The notes under the pieces were generated by a model. That model made no database searches and was not told the DNA's origin. It worked only from the letters and a program-made list of their open reading frames with translations. This document shows positions 15,001 to 30,000 of a DNA stretch of 64,000 nucleotides, piece by piece (position 1 is the stretch's first letter; every line of letters starts with the position of its first letter). A program made the position numbers and the translations under genes. Origin of the DNA: Nemertoderma westbladi (taxonomy: Eukaryota; Animalia; Xenacoelomorpha); NCBI GenBank assembly GCA_032718475.1, contig JAUCBJ010006818.1:46453-110452 (forward strand), written 5' to 3'.

Positions 15001-18000
15001 TTCGTCCAGGTCCAGTAACTACTAACCGAGTTGAATTCCTTGATGGAGTTAGTCCAGGTCCAGTAACTACTAACCGAGTTGAATTACTTGACGGAGTTAG
15101 TCCAGGTCCAGTAACTACTAACCGAGTTGAATTCCTTGGAGTTAGTCCAGGTCCAGTAACTACTAACCGTGTTGAATACCTTGGTGGAGTTCGTCCAGGT
15201 CCAGTAACTACTAACCGAGTTGAATTCCTTGATGGAGTTAGTCCAGGACCAGTAACTACTAACCGAGTTGAATTCCTTGATGGAGTTAGTCCAGGTCCAG
15301 TAACTACTAACCGAGTTGAATTCCTTGATGGAGTTAGTCCAGGACCAGTAACTACTAACCGAGTTGAATTCCTTGATGGAGTTAGTCCAGGTCCAGTAAC
15401 TACTAACCGAGTTGAATTCCTTGATGGAGTTAGTCCAGGTCCAGTAACTACTAACCGAGTTGAATTACTTGACGGAGTTAGTCCAGGTCCAGTAACTACT
15501 AACCGAGTTGAATTCCTTGGAGTTAGTCCAGGTCCAGTAACTACTAACCGAGTTGAATTACTTGACGGAGTTAGTCCAGGTCCAGTAACTACTAACCGTG
15601 TTGAATACCTTGGTGGAGTTAGTCCAGGTCCAGTAACTACTAACCGAGTTGAATTACTTGACGGAGTTAGTCCAGGTCCAGTAACTACTAACCGAGTTGA
15701 ATTACTTGACGGAGTTAGTCCAGGTCCAGTAACTACTAACCGTGTTGAATACCTTGGTGGAGTTCGTCCAGGTCCAGTAACTACTAACCGAGTTGAATTC
15801 CTTGGAGTTAGTCCAGGTCCAGTAACTACTAACCGAGTTGAATTCCTTGGAGTTAGTCCAGGTCCAGTAACTACTAACCGAGTTGAATTCCTTGGAGTTA
15901 GTCCAGGTCCAGTAACTACTAACCGAGTTGAATTACTTGACGGAGTTAGTCCAGGTCCAGTAACTACTAACGTGTTGAATTCCTTGGAGTTAGTCCAGGT
16001 CCAGTAACTACTAACCGAGTTGAATTCCTTGGAGTTAGTCCAGGTCCAGTAACTACTAACCGAGTTGAATACCTTGGTGGAGTTCGTCCAGGTCCAGTAA
16101 CTACTAACCGAGTTGAATTCCTTGGAGTTAGTCCAGGTCCAGTAACTACTAACCGAGTTGAATTCCTTGATGGAGTTAGTCCAGGTCCAGTAACTACTAA
16201 CGTGTTGAATTCCTTGGAGTTAGTCCAGGTCCAGTAACTACTAACCGAGTTGAATTCCTTGGAGTTAGTCCAGGTCCAGTAACTACTAACGTGTTGAATT
16301 CCTTGGAGTTAGTCCAGGTCCAGTAACTACTAACCGAGTTGAATTCCTTGGAGTTAGTCCAGGTCCAGTAACTACTAACCGTGTTGAATACCTTGGTGGA
16401 GTTCGTCCAGGTCCAGTAACTACTAACCGAGTTGAATTCCTTGGAGTTAGTCCAGGTCCAGTAACTACTAACCGAGTTGAATTCCTTGATGGAGTTAGTC
16501 CAGGTCCAGTAACTACTAACCGAGTTGAATTACTTGACGGAGTTAGTCCAGGTCCAGTAACTACTAACCGTGTTGAATACCTTGGTGGAGTTCGTCCAGG
16601 TCCAGTAACTACTAAACGGTTGAATTCCTTGATGGAGTTAGTCCAGGTCCAGTAACTACTAACCGAGTTGAATTCCTTGGAGTTAGTCCAGGTCCAGTAA
16701 CTACTAACCGTGTTGAATACCTTGGTGGAGTTCGTCCAGGTCCAGTAACTACTAACCGAGTTGAATTCCTTGGAGTTAGTCCAGGTCCAGTAACTACTAA
16801 CCGAGTTGAATTCCTTGATGGAGTTCGTCCAGGTCCAGTAACTACTAACCGAGTTGAATTCCTTGGAGTTAGTCCAGGTCCAGTAACTACTAACCGAGTT
16901 GAATTCCTTGATGGAGTTAGTCCAGGTCCAGTAACTACTAACCGAGTTGAATTACTTGACGGAGTTAGTCCAGGTCCAGTAACTACTAACGTGTTGAATT
17001 CCTTGGAGTTAGTCCAGGTCCAGTAACTACTAACCGTGTTGAATACCTTGGTGGAGTTCGTCCAGGTCCAGTAACTACTAACCGAGTTGAATTCCTTGGA
17101 GTTAGTCCAGGTCCAGTAACTACTAACCGAGTTGAATTCCTTGATGGAGTTAGTCCAGGTCCAGTAACTACTAACCGTGTTGAATACCTTGGTGGAGTTC
17201 GTCCAGGTCCAGTAACTACTAACCGAGTTGAATTCCTTGATGGAGTTAGTCCAGGTCCAGTAACTACTAACCGTGTTGAATACCTTGGTGGAGTTAGTCC
17301 AGGTCCAGTAACTACTAACCGAGTTGAATTCCTTGGAGTTAGTCCAGGTCCAGTAACTACTAACCGAGTTGAATTCCTTGATGGAGTTAGTCCAGGTCCA
17401 GTAACTACTAACCGTGTTGAATACCTTGGTGGAGTTAGTCCAGGTCCAGTAACTACTAACCGAGTTGAATTCCTTGATGGAGTTAGTCCAGGTCCAGTAA
17501 CTACTAACCGTGTTGAATACCTTGGTGGAGTTCGTCCAGGTCCAGTAACTACTAACCGAGTTGAATTCCTTGGAGTTAGTCCAGGTCCAGTAACTACTAA
17601 CCGAGTTGAATTCCTTGATGGAGTTAGTCCAGGTCCAGTAACTACTAACCGAGTTGAATTACTTGACGGAGTTAGTCCAGGTCCAGTAACTACTAACCGT
17701 GTTGAATACCTTGGTGGAGTTCGTCCAGGTCCAGTAACTACTAACCGAGTTGAATTCCTTGGAGTTCGTCCAGGTCCAGTAACTACTAACCGAGTTGAAT
17801 TCCTTGATGGAGTTAGTCCAGGTCCAGTAACTACTAACCGAGTTGAATTACTTGACGGAGTTAGTCCAGGTCCAGTAACTACTAACCGTGTTGAATACCT
17901 TGGTGGAGTTCGTCCAGGTCCAGTAACTACTAACCGAGTTGAATTCCTTGGAGTTAGTCCAGGTCCAGTAACTACTAACCGAGTTGAATTCCTTGGAGTT

Positions 18001-21000
18001 AGTCCAGGTCCAGTAACTACTAACCGAGTTGAATTCCTTGGAGTTAGTCCAGGTCCAGTAACTACTAACCGAGTTGAATTCCTTGGAGTTAGTCCAGGTC
18101 CAGTAACTACTAACCGAGTTGAATTCCTTGGAGTTAGTCCAGGTCCAGTAACTACTAACCGAGTTGAATTACTTGACGGAGTTAGTCCAGGTCCAGTAAC
18201 TACTAACCGAGTTGAATTCCTTGGAGTTAGTCCAGGTCCAGTAACTACTAATCGAGTTGAATTCCTTGGAGTTAGTCCAGGTCCAGTAACTACTAACCGA
18301 GTTGAATTCCTTGGAGTTAGTCCAGGTCCAGTAACTACTAACCGAGTTGAATTCCTTGGAGTTAGTCCAGGTCCAGTAACTACTAACCGAGTTGAATTAC
18401 TTGACGGAGTTAGTCCAGGTCCAGTAACTACTAACCGTGTTGAATACCTTGGTGGAGTTCGTCCAGGTCCAGTAACTACTAACCGAGTTGAATTCCTTGG
18501 AGTTAGTCCAGGTCCAGTAACTACTAACCGAGTTGAATTCCTTGGAGTTAGTCCAGGTCCAGTAACTACTAACCGAGTTGAATTACTTGACGGAGTTAGT
18601 CCAGGTCCAGTAACTACTAACCGAGTTGAATTCCTTGGAGTTAGTCCAGGTCCAGTAACTACTAACCGAGTTGAATTCCTTGGAGTTAGTCCAGGTCCAG
18701 TAACTACTAACCGAGTTGAATTACTTGACGGAGTTAGTCCAGGTCCAGTAACTACTAAACGAGTTGAATTCCTTGGAGTTAGTCCAGGTCCAGTAACTAC
18801 TAACCGAGTTGAATTCCTTGGAGTTAGTCCAGGTCCAGTAACTACTAACCGAGTTGAATTCCTTGGAGTTAGTCCAGGTCCAGTAACTACTAACCAAGTT
18901 GAATTCCTTGGAGTTAGTCCAGGTCCAGTAACTACTAACCGAGTTGAATTCCTTGGAGTTAGTCCAGGTCCAGTAACTACTAACCGTGTTGAATACCTTG
19001 GTGGAGTTCGTCCAGGTCCAGTAACTACTAACCGAGTTGAATTCCTTGGAGTTAGTCCAGGTCCAGTAACTACTAACCGAGTTGAATTCCTTGGAGTTAG
19101 TCCAGGTCCAGTAACTACTAACCGAGTTGAATTCCTTGGAGTTAGTCCAGGTCCAGTAACTACTAACCGAGTTGAATTACTTGACGGAGTTAGTCCAGGT
19201 CCAGTAACTACTAACCGAGTTGAATTCCTTGGAGTTAGTCTAGGTCCAGTAACTACTAACCGTGTTGAATTCCTTGATGGAGTTAGTCCAGGTCCAGTAA
19301 CTACTAACCGAGTTGAATTCCTTGGAGTTAGTCCAGGTCCAGTAACTACTAACCGTGTTGAATACCTTGGTGGAGTTCGTCCAGGTCCAGTAACTACTAA
19401 CCGAGTTGAATTCCTTGATGGAGTTAGTCCAGGTCCAGTAACTACTAACCGTGTTGAATACCTTGGAGTTAGTCCAGGTCCAGTAACTACTAACCGAGTT
19501 GAATTCCTTGGAGTTAGTCCAGGTCCAGTAACTACTAACCGTGTTGAATACCTTGGTGGAGTTAGTCCAGGTCCAGTAACTACTAACCGAGTTGAATTCC
19601 TTGGAGTTAGTCCAGGTCCAGTAACTACTAACCGTGTTGAATACCTTGGTGGAGTTCGTCCAGGTCCAGTAACTACTAACCGAGTTGAATTCCTTGATGG
19701 AGTTCGTCCAGGTCCAGTAACTACTAACCAAGTTGAATTCCTTGGAGTTAGTCCAGGTCCAGTAACTACTAACCGAGTTGAATTCCTTGATGGAGTTAGT
19801 CCAGGTCCAGTAACTACTAACCGAGTTGAATTACTTGACGGAGTTAGTCCAGGTCCAGTAACTACTAACCGAGTTGAATTACTTGACGGAGTTAGTCCAG
19901 GTCCAGTAACTACTAACCGAGTTGAATTCCTTGGAGTTAGTCCAGGTCCAGTAACTACTAACCGAGTTGAATTACTTGACGGAGTTAGTCCAGGTCCAGT
20001 AACTACTAACCGAGTTGAATTCCTTGATGGAGTTAGTCCAGGTCCAGTAACTACTAACCGAGTTGAATTCCTTGATGGAGTTAGTCCAGGTCCAGTAACT
20101 ACTAACCGAGTTGAATTCCTTGATGGAGTTAGTCCAGGTCCAGTAACTACTAACCGAGTTGAATTCCTTGATGGAGTTAGTCCAGGTCCAGTAACTACTA
20201 ACCGAGTTGAATTCCTTGATGGAGTTAGTCCAGGTCCAGTAACTACTAACCGAGTTGAATTCCTTGATGGAGTTAGTCCAGGTCCAGTAACTACTAACCG
20301 AGTTGAATTCCTTGATGGAGTTAGTCCAGGTCCAGTAACTACTAACCGAGTTGAATTCCTTGATGGAGTTAGTCCAGGTCCAGTAACTACTAACCGAGTT
20401 GAATTACTTGACGGAGTTAGTCCAGGTCCAGTAACTACTAACCGAGTTGAATTCCTTGGAGTTAGTCCAGGTCCAGTAACTACTAACCGAGTTGAATTCC
20501 TTGATGGAGTTAGTCCAGGTCCAGTAACTACTAACCGAGTTGAATTACTTGACGGAGTTAGTCCAGGTCCAGTAACTACTAACCGAGTTGAATTCCTTGG
20601 AGTTAGTCCAGGTCCAGTAACTACTAACCGAGTTGAATTACTTGACGGAGTTAGTCCAGGTCCAGTAACTACTAACCGAGTTGAATTCCTTGATGGAGTT
20701 AGTCCAGGTCCAGTAACTACTAACCGAGTTGAATTCCTTGATGGAGTTAGTCCAGGTCCAGTAACTACTAACCGAGTTGAATTCCTTGATGGAGTTAGTC
20801 CAGGTCCAGTAACTACTAACCGAGTTGAATTACTTGACGGAGTTAGTCCAGGTCCAGTAACTACTAACCGAGTTGAATTCCTTGGAGTTAGTCCAGGTCC
20901 AGTAACTACTAACCGAGTTGAATTCCTTGATGGAGTTAGTCCAGGTCCAGTAACTACTAACCGAGTTGAATTCCTTGGAGTTAGTCCAGGTCCAGTAACT

Positions 21001-24000
21001 ACTAACCGTGTTGAATTCCTTGATGGAGTTAGTCCAGGTCCAGTAACTACTAACCGAGTTGAATTCCTTGATGGAGTTAGTCCAGGTCCAGTAACTACTA
21101 ACCGAGTTGAATTCCTTGATGGAGTTAGTCCAGGTCCAGTAACTACTAACCGAGTTGAATTACTTGACGGAGTTAGTCCAGGTCCAGTAACTACTAACCG
21201 AGTTGAATTACTTGATGGAGTTAGTCCAGGTCCAGTAACTACTAACCGAGTTGAATTACTTGACGGAGTTAGTCCAGGTCCAGTAACCGTGTTGAATTAC
21301 TTGACGGAGTTAGTCCAGGTCCAGTAACTACTAACCGAGTTGAATACCTTGGAGTTAGTCCAGGTCCAGTAACTACTAACCGAGTTGAATACCTTGGTGG
21401 AGTTCGTCCAGGTCCAGTAACTACTAACCGAGTTGAATTCCTTGATGGAGTTAGTCCAGGTCCAGTAACTACTAACCGAGTTGAATTACTTGACGGAGTT
21501 AGTCCAGGTCCAGTAACTACTAACCGAGTTGAATTCCTTGATGGAGTTAGTCCAGGTCCAGTAACTACTAACCGAGTTGAATTACTTGACGGAGTTAGTC
21601 CAGGTCCAGTAACTACTAACCGAGTTGAATTCCTTGGAGTTAGTCCAGGTCCAGTAACTACTAACCGAGTTGAATTACTTGACGGAGTTAGTCCAGGTCC
21701 AGTAACTACTAACCGTGTTGAATACCTTGGTGGAGTTCGTCCAGGTCCAGTAACTACTAACCGAGTTGAATTCCTTGACGGAGTTAGTCCAGGTCCAGTA
21801 ACTACTAACCGAGTTGAATTCCTTGATGGAGTTAGTCCAGGTCCAGTAACTACTAACCGAGTTGAATTACTTGACGGAGTTAGTCCAGGTCCAGTAACTA
21901 CTAACCGAGTTGAATTCCTTGGAGTTAGTCCAGGTCCAGTAACTACTAACCGAGTTGAATTACTTGACGGAGTTAGTCCAGGTCCAGTAACTACTAACCG
22001 AGTTGAATTACTTGACGGAGTTAGTCCAGGTCCAGTAACTACTAACCGAGTTGAATTACTTGACGGAGTTAGTCCAGGTCCAGTAACTACTAACCGTGTT
22101 GAATTACTTGATGGAGTTAGTCCAGGTCCAGTAACTACTAACCGAGTTGAATTCCTTGATGGAGTTAGTCCAGGTCCAGTAACTACTAACCGAGTTGAAT
22201 TACTTGACGGAGTTAGTCCAGGTCCAGTAACTACTAACCGAGTTGAATTCCTTGGAGTTAGTCCAGGTCCAGTAACTACTAACCGAGTTGAATTACTTGA
22301 CGGAGTTAGTCCAGGTCCAGTAACTACTAACCGAGTTGAATTACTTGACGGAGTTAGTCCAGGTCCAGTAACTACTAACCGAGTTGAATTCCTTGGAGTT
22401 AGTCCAGGTCCAGTAACTACTAACCGAGTTGAATTCCTTGATGGAGTTAGTCCAGGTCCAGTAACTACTAACCGTGTTGAATACCTTGGTGGAGTTCGTC
22501 CAGGTCCAGTAACTACTAACCGTGTTGAATACCTTGGTGGAGTTCGTCCAGGTCCAGTAACTACTAACCGAGTTGAATTACTTGACGGAGTTAGTCCAGG
22601 TCCAGTAACTACTAACCGAGTTGAATTACTTGACGGAGTTAGTCCAGGTCCAGTAACTACTAACCGTGTTGAATACCTTGGTGGAGTTCGTCCAGGTCCA
22701 GTAACTACTAACCGAGTTGAATTCCTTGATGGAGTTAGTCCAGGTCCAGTAACTACTAACCGAGTTGAATTCCTTGATGGAGTTAGTCCAGGTCCAGTAA
22801 CTACTAACCGAGTTGAATTACTTGACGGAGTTAGTCCAGGTCCAGTAACTACTAACCGAGTTGAATTACTTGACGGAGTTAGTCCAGGTCCAGTAACTAC
22901 TAACCGAGTTGAATTCCTTGGAGTTAGTCCAGGTCCAGTAACTACTAACCGAGTTGAATTACTTGACGGAGTTAGTCCAGGTCCAGTAACTACTAACCGT
23001 GTTGAATACCTTGGTGGAGTTCGTCCAGGTCCAGTAACTACTAACCGAGTTGAATTACTTGACGGAGTTAGTCCAGGTCCAGTAACTACTAACCGTGTTG
23101 AATTCCTTGGAGTTAGTCCAGGTCCAGTAACTACTAACCGAGTGGAATTCCTTGGAGTTAGTCCAGGTCCAGTAACTACTAACCGAGTTGAATTACTTGA
23201 CGGAGTTAGTCCAGGTCCAGTAACTACTAACCGTGTTGAATACCTTGGTGGAGTTAGTCCAGGTCCAGTAACTACTAACCGTGTTGAATTCCTTGGAGTT
23301 AGTCCAGGTCCAGTAACTACTAACCGAGTTGAATTACTTGACGGAGTTAGTCCAGGTCCAGTAACTACTAACCGTGTTGAATACCTTGGTGGAGTTCGTC
23401 CAGGTCCAGTAACTACTAACCGAGTTGAATTCCTTGGAGTTAGTCCAGGTCCAGTAACTACTAACCGAGTGGAATTCCTTGGAGTTAGTCCAGGTCCAGT
23501 AACTACTAACCGAGTTGAATTACTTGACGGAGTTAGTCCAGGTCCAGTAACTACTAACCGTGTTGAATACCTTGGTGGAGTTAGTCCAGGTCCAGTAACT
23601 ACTAACCGAGTTGAATTACTTGACGGAGTTAGTCCAGGTCCAGTAACTACTAACCGTGTTGAATTCCTTGGAGTTAGTCCAGGTCCAGTAACTACTAACC
23701 GAGTGGAATTCCTTGGAGTTAGTCCAGGTCCAGTAACTACTAACCGAGTTGAATTACTTGACGGAGTTAGTCCAGGTCCAGTAACTACTAACCGTGTTGA
23801 ATACCTTGGTGGAGTTAGTCCAGGTCCAGTAACTATTAACCGTGTTGAATTCCTTGGAGTTAGTCCAGGTCCAGTAACTACTAACCGAGTTGAATTACTT
23901 GACGGAGTTAGTCCAGGTCCAGTAACTACTAACCGAGTTGAATTCCTTGGAGTTAGTCCAGGTCCAGTAACTACTAACCGTGTTGAATACCTTGGTGGAG

Positions 24001-27000
24001 TTCGTCCAGGTCCAGTAACTACTAACCGAGTTGAATTACTTGACGGAGTTAGTCCAGGTCCAGTAACTACTAACCGTGTTGAATTCCTTGATGGAGTTAG
24101 TCCAGGTCCAGTAACTACTAACCGTGTTGAATACCTTGGTGGAGTTCGTCCAGGTCCAGTAACTACTAACCGAGTTGAATTACTTGACGGAGTTAGTCCA
24201 GGTCCAGTAACTACTAACCGTGTTGAATTCCTTGGAGTTCGTCCAGGTCCAGTAACTACTAACCGAGTTGAATTACTTGACGGAGTTAGTCCAGGCCCAG
24301 TAACTACTAACCGAGTTGTATTCCTTGGAGTTAGTCCAGGTCCAGTAACTACTAACCGTGTTGAATACCTTGGTGGAGTTCGTCCAGGCCCAGTAACTAC
24401 GAACTGAGTTGAATTCCTTGGAGTTAGTCCAGGTCCAGTAACTACTAACCGTGTTGAATTCCTTGGAGTTAGTCCAGGTCCAGTAACTACTAACCGAGTT
24501 GAATTCCTTGATGGAGTTAGTCCAGGTCCAGTAACTACTAACCGAGTTGAATTACTTGACGGAGTTAGTCCAGGTCCAGTAACTACTAACCGTGTTGAAT
24601 TCCTTGGAGTTAGTCCAGGTCCAGTAACTACTAACCGAGTTGAATTCCTTGATGGAGTTAGTCCAGGTCCAGTAACTACTAACCGAGTTGAATTACTTGA
24701 CGGAGTTAGTCCAGGTCCAGTAACTACTAACCGAGTTGAATTCCTTGGAGTTAGTCCAGGTCCAGTAACTACTAACCGAGTTGAATTACTTGACGGAGTT
24801 AGTCCAGGTCCAGTAACTACTAACCGAGTTGAATTCCTTGATGGAGTTAGTCCAGGTCCAGTAACTACCAACCGTGTTGAATTCCTTGGAGTTAGTCCAG
24901 GTCCAGTAACTACTAACCGTGTTGAATACCTTGGTGGAGTTCGTCCAGGTCCAGTAACTACTAACCGAGTTGAATTCCTTGATGGAGTTAGTCCAGGTCC
25001 AGTAACTACTAACCGAGTTGAATTCCTTGATGGAGTTAGTCCAGGTCCAGTAACTACTAACCGAGTTGAATTCCTTGATGGAGTTAGTCCAGGTCCAGTA
25101 ACTACTAACCGTGTTGAATTCCTTGATGGAGTTAGTCCAGGCCCAGTAACTACTAACCGTGTTGAATACCTTGGTGGAGTTCGTCCAGGTCCAGTAACTA
25201 CTAACCGAGTTGAATTCCTTGATGGAGTTAGTCCAGGTCCAGTAACTACTAACCGTGTTGAATTCCTTGATGGAGTTAGTCCAGGTCCAGTAACTACTAA
25301 CCGAGTTGAATTCCTTGATGGAGTTAGTCCAGGTCCAGTAACTACTAACCGAGTTGAATTCCTTGATGGAGTTAGTCCAGGTCCAGTAACTACTAACCGA
25401 GTTGAATTCCTTGATGGAGTTAGTCCAGGTCCAGTAACTACTAACCGAGTTGAATTCCTTGGAGTTAGTCCAGGTCCAGTAACTACTAACCGAGTTGAAT
25501 TACTTGATGGAGTTAGTCCAGGTCCAGTAACTACTAACCGAGTTGAATTCCTTGGAGTTAGTCCAGGTCCAGTAACTACTAACCGAGTTGAATTACTTGA
25601 CGGAGTTAGTCCAGGTCCAGTAACTACTAACCGAGTTGAATTACTTGATGGAGTTAGTCCAGGTCCAGTAACTACTAACCGAGTTGAATTCCTTGGAGTT
25701 AGTCCAGGTCCAGTAACTACTAACCGAGTTGAATTACTTGACGGAGTTAGTCCAGGTCCAGTAACTACTAACCGAGTTGAATTACTTGATGGAGTTAGTC
25801 CAGGTCCAGTAACTACTAACCGAGTTGAATTCCTTGATGGAGTTAGTCCAGGTCCAGTAACTACTAACCGAGTTGAATTCCTTGGAGTTAGTCCAGGTCC
25901 AGTAACTACTAACCGAGTTGAATTACTTGACGGAGTTAGTCCAGGTCCAGTAACTACTAACCGAGTTGAATTACTTGATGGAGTTAGTCCAGGTCCAGTA
26001 ACTACTAACCGAGTTGAATTCCTTGGAGTTAGTCCAGGTCCAGTAACTACTAACCGAGTTGAATTACTTGACGGAGTTAGTCCAGGTCCAGTAACTACTA
26101 ACCGAGTTGAATTACTTGATGGAGTTAGTCCAGGTCCAGTAACTACTAACCGAGTTGAATTCCTTGGAGTTAGTCCAGGTCCAGTAACTACTAACCGAGT
26201 TGAATTACTTGATGGAGTTAGTCCAGGTCCAGTAACTACTAACCGAGTTGAATTCCTTGGAGTTAGTCCAGGTCCAGTAACTACTAACCGAGTTGAATTA
26301 CTTGACGGAGTTAGTCCAGGTCCAGTAACTACTAACCGAGTTGAATTACTTGATGGAGTTAGTCCAGGTCCAGTAACTACTAACCGAGTTGAATTCCTTG
26401 GAGTTAGTCCAGGTCCAGTAACTACTAACCGAGTTGAATTACTTGACGGAGTTAGTCCAGGTCCAGTAACTACTAACCGAGTTGAATTACTTGACGGAGT
26501 TAGTCCAGGTCCAGTAACTACTAACCGAGTTTAATTCCTTGGAGTTAGTCCAGGTCCAGTAACCACTAACCGTGTTGAATACCTTGGTGGAGTTCGTCCA
26601 GGTCCAGTAACTACTAACCGAGTTGAATTCCTTGATGGAGTTAGTCCAGGTCCAGTAACTACTAACCGAGTTGAATTCCTTGGAGTTAGTCCAGGTCCAG
26701 TAACTACTAACCGTGTTGAATACCTTGGTGGAGTTCGTCCAGGTCCAGTAACTACTAACCGAGTTGAATTCCTTGATGGAGTTAGTCCAGGTCCAGTAAC
26801 TACTAACCGAGTTGAATTACTTGACGGAGTTAGTCCAGGTCCAGTAACTACTAACCGAGTTGAATTACTTGACGGAGTTAGTCCAGGTCCAGTAACTACT
26901 AACCGAGTTGAATTACTTGACGGAGTTAGTCCAGGTCCAGTAACTACTAACCGTGTTGAATACCTTGGTGGAGTTCGTCCAGGTCCAGTAACTACTAACC

Positions 27001-30000
27001 GAGTTGAATTACTTGACGGAGTTAGTCCAGGTCCAGTAACTACTAACCGTGTTGAATACCTTGGTGGAGTTCGTCCAGGTCCAGTAACTACTAACCGAGT
27101 TGAATTCCTTGGAGTTAGTCCAGGTCCAGTAACTACTAACCGAGTTGAATTACTTGACGGAGTTAGTCCAGGTCCAGTAACTACTAACCGAGTTGAATTC
27201 CTTGATGGAGTTAGTCCAGGTCCAGTAACTACTAACCGAGTTGAATTCCTTGATGGAGTTAGTCCAGGTCCAGTAACTACTAACCGAGTTGAATTACTTG
27301 ACGGAGTTAGTCCAGGTCCAGTAACTACTAACCGAGTTGAATTCCTTGATGGAGTTAGTCCAGGTCCAGTAACTACTAACCGAGTTGAATTCCTTGATGG
27401 AGTTAGTCCAGGTCCAGTAACTACTAACCGAGTTGAATTACTTGACGGAGTTAGTCCAGGTCCAGTAACTACTAACCGAGTTGAATTCCTTGGAGTTAGT
27501 CCAGGTCCAGTAACTACTAACCGTGTTGAATACCTTGGTGGAGTTCGTCCAGGTCCAGTAACTACTAACCGAGTTGAATTCCTTGGAGTTAGTCCAGGTC
27601 CAGTAACTACTAACCGAGTTGAATTCCTTGATGGAGTTAGTCCAGGTCCAGTAACTACTAACCGTGTTGAATTCCTTGGAGTTAGTCCAGGTCCAGTAAC
27701 TACTAACCGAGTTGAATTCCTTGGAGTTAGTCCAGGTCCAGTAACTACTAACCGAGTTGAATTCCTTGGAGTTAGTCCAGGTCCAGTAACTACTAACCGA
27801 GTTGAATTCCTTGATGGAGTTAGTCCAGGTCCAGTAACTACTAACCGTGTTGAATTCCTTGATGGAGTTAGTCCAGGTCCAGTAACTACTAACCGAGTTG
27901 AATTCCTTGGAGTTAGTCCAGGTCCAGTAACTACTAACCGAGTTGAATTCCTTGGAGTTAGTCCAGGTCCAGTAACTACTAACCGAGTTGAATTCCTTGA
28001 TGGAGTTAGTCCAGGTCCAGTAACTACTAACCGAGTTGAATTACTTGACGGAGTTAGTCCAGGTCCAGTAACTACTAACGTGTTGAATTCCTTGGAGTTA
28101 GTCCAGGTCCAGTAACTACTAACCGAGTTGAATTCCTTGGAGTTAGTCCAGGTCCAGTAACTACTAACCGTGTTGAATACCTTGGTGGAGTTCGTCCAGG
28201 TCCAGTAACTACTAACCGAGTTGAATTCCTTGGAGTTAGTCCAGGTCCAGTAACTACTAACCGAGTTGAATTCCTTGATGGAGTTAGTCCAGGTCCAGTA
28301 ACTACTAACCGAGTTGAATTACTTGACGGAGTTAGTCCAGGTCCAGTAACTACTAACCGTGTTGAATACCTTGGTGGAGTTCGTCCAGGTCCAGTAACTA
28401 CTAACCGAGTTGAATTCCTTGGAGTTAGTCCAGGTCCAGTAACTACTAACCGAGTTGAATTCCTTGGAGTTAGTCCAGGTCCAGTAACTACTAACCGAGT
28501 TGAATTCCTTGGAGTTAGTCCAGGTCCAGTAACTACTAACCGAGTTGAATTCCTTGGAGTTAGTCCAGGTCCAGTAACTACTAACCGAGTTGAATTACTT
28601 GACGGAGTTAGTCCAGGTCCAGTAACTACTAACCGAGTTGAATTCCTTGGAGTTAGTCCAGGTCCAGTAACTACTAATCGAGTTGAATTCCTTGGAGTTA
28701 GTCCAGGTCCAGTAACTACTAACCGAGTTGAATTCCTTGGAGTTAGTCCAGGTCCAGTAACTACTAACCGAGTTGAATTCCTTGGAGTTAGTCCAGGTCC
28801 AGTAACTACTAACCGAGTTGAATTACTTGACGGAGTTAGTCCAGGTCCAGTAACTACTAACCGTGTTGAATACCTTGGTGGAGTTCGTCCAGGTCCAGTA
28901 ACTACTAACCGAGTTGAATTCCTTGGAGTTAGTCCAGGTCCAGTAACTACTAACCGAGTTGAATTCCTTGATGGAGTTAGTCCAGGTCCAGTAACTACTA
29001 ACCGTGTTGAATTCCTTGATGGAGTTAGTCCAGGTTCAGTAACTACTAACCGAGTTGAATTCCTTGGAGTTAGTCCAGGTCCAGTAACTACTAACCGAGT
29101 TGAATTACTTGACGGAGTTAGTCCAGGTCCAGTAACTACTAACCGAGTTGAATTCCTTGGAGTTAGTCCAGGTCCAGTAACTACTAATCGAGTTGAATTC
29201 CTTGGAGTTAGTCCAGGTCCAGTAACTACTAACCGAGTTGAATTCCTTGGAGTTAGTCCAGGTCCAGTAACTACTAACCGAGTTGAATTCCTTGGAGTTA
29301 GTCCAGGTCCAGTAACTACTAACCGAGTTGAATTACTTGACGGAGTTAGTCCAGGTCCAGTAACTACTAACCGTGTTGAATACCTTGGTGGAGTTCGTCC
29401 AGGTCCAGTAACTACTAACCGAGTTGAATTCCTTGGAGTTAGTCCAGGTTCAGTAACTACTAACCGAGTTGAATTCCTTGGAGTTAGTCCAGGTCCAGTA
29501 ACTACTAACCGAGTTGAATTCTTTGGAGTTAGTCCAGGTCCAGTAACTACTAATCGAGTTGAATTCCTTGGAGTTAGTCCAGGTCCAGTAACTACTAACC
29601 GAGTTGAATTCCTTGGAGTTAGTCCAGGTCCAGTAACTACTAACCGAGTTGAATTACTTGACGGAGTTAGTCCAGGTCCAGTAACTACTAACCGAGTTGA
29701 ATTCCTTGGAGTTAGTCTAGGTCCAGTAACTACTAACCGTGTTGAATTCCTTGATGGAGTTAGTCCAGGTCCAGTAACTACTAACCGAGTTGAATTCCTT
29801 GGAGTTAGTCCAGGTCCAGTAACTACTAACCGTGTTGAATACCTTGGTGGAGTTAGTCCAGGTTCAGTAACTACTAACCGAGTTGAATTCCTTGGAGTTA
29901 GTCCAGGTCCAGTAACTACTAACCGAGTTGAATACCTTGGTGGAGTTCGTCCAGGTCCAGTAACTACTAACCGAGTTGAATTCCTTGATGGAGTTAGTCC

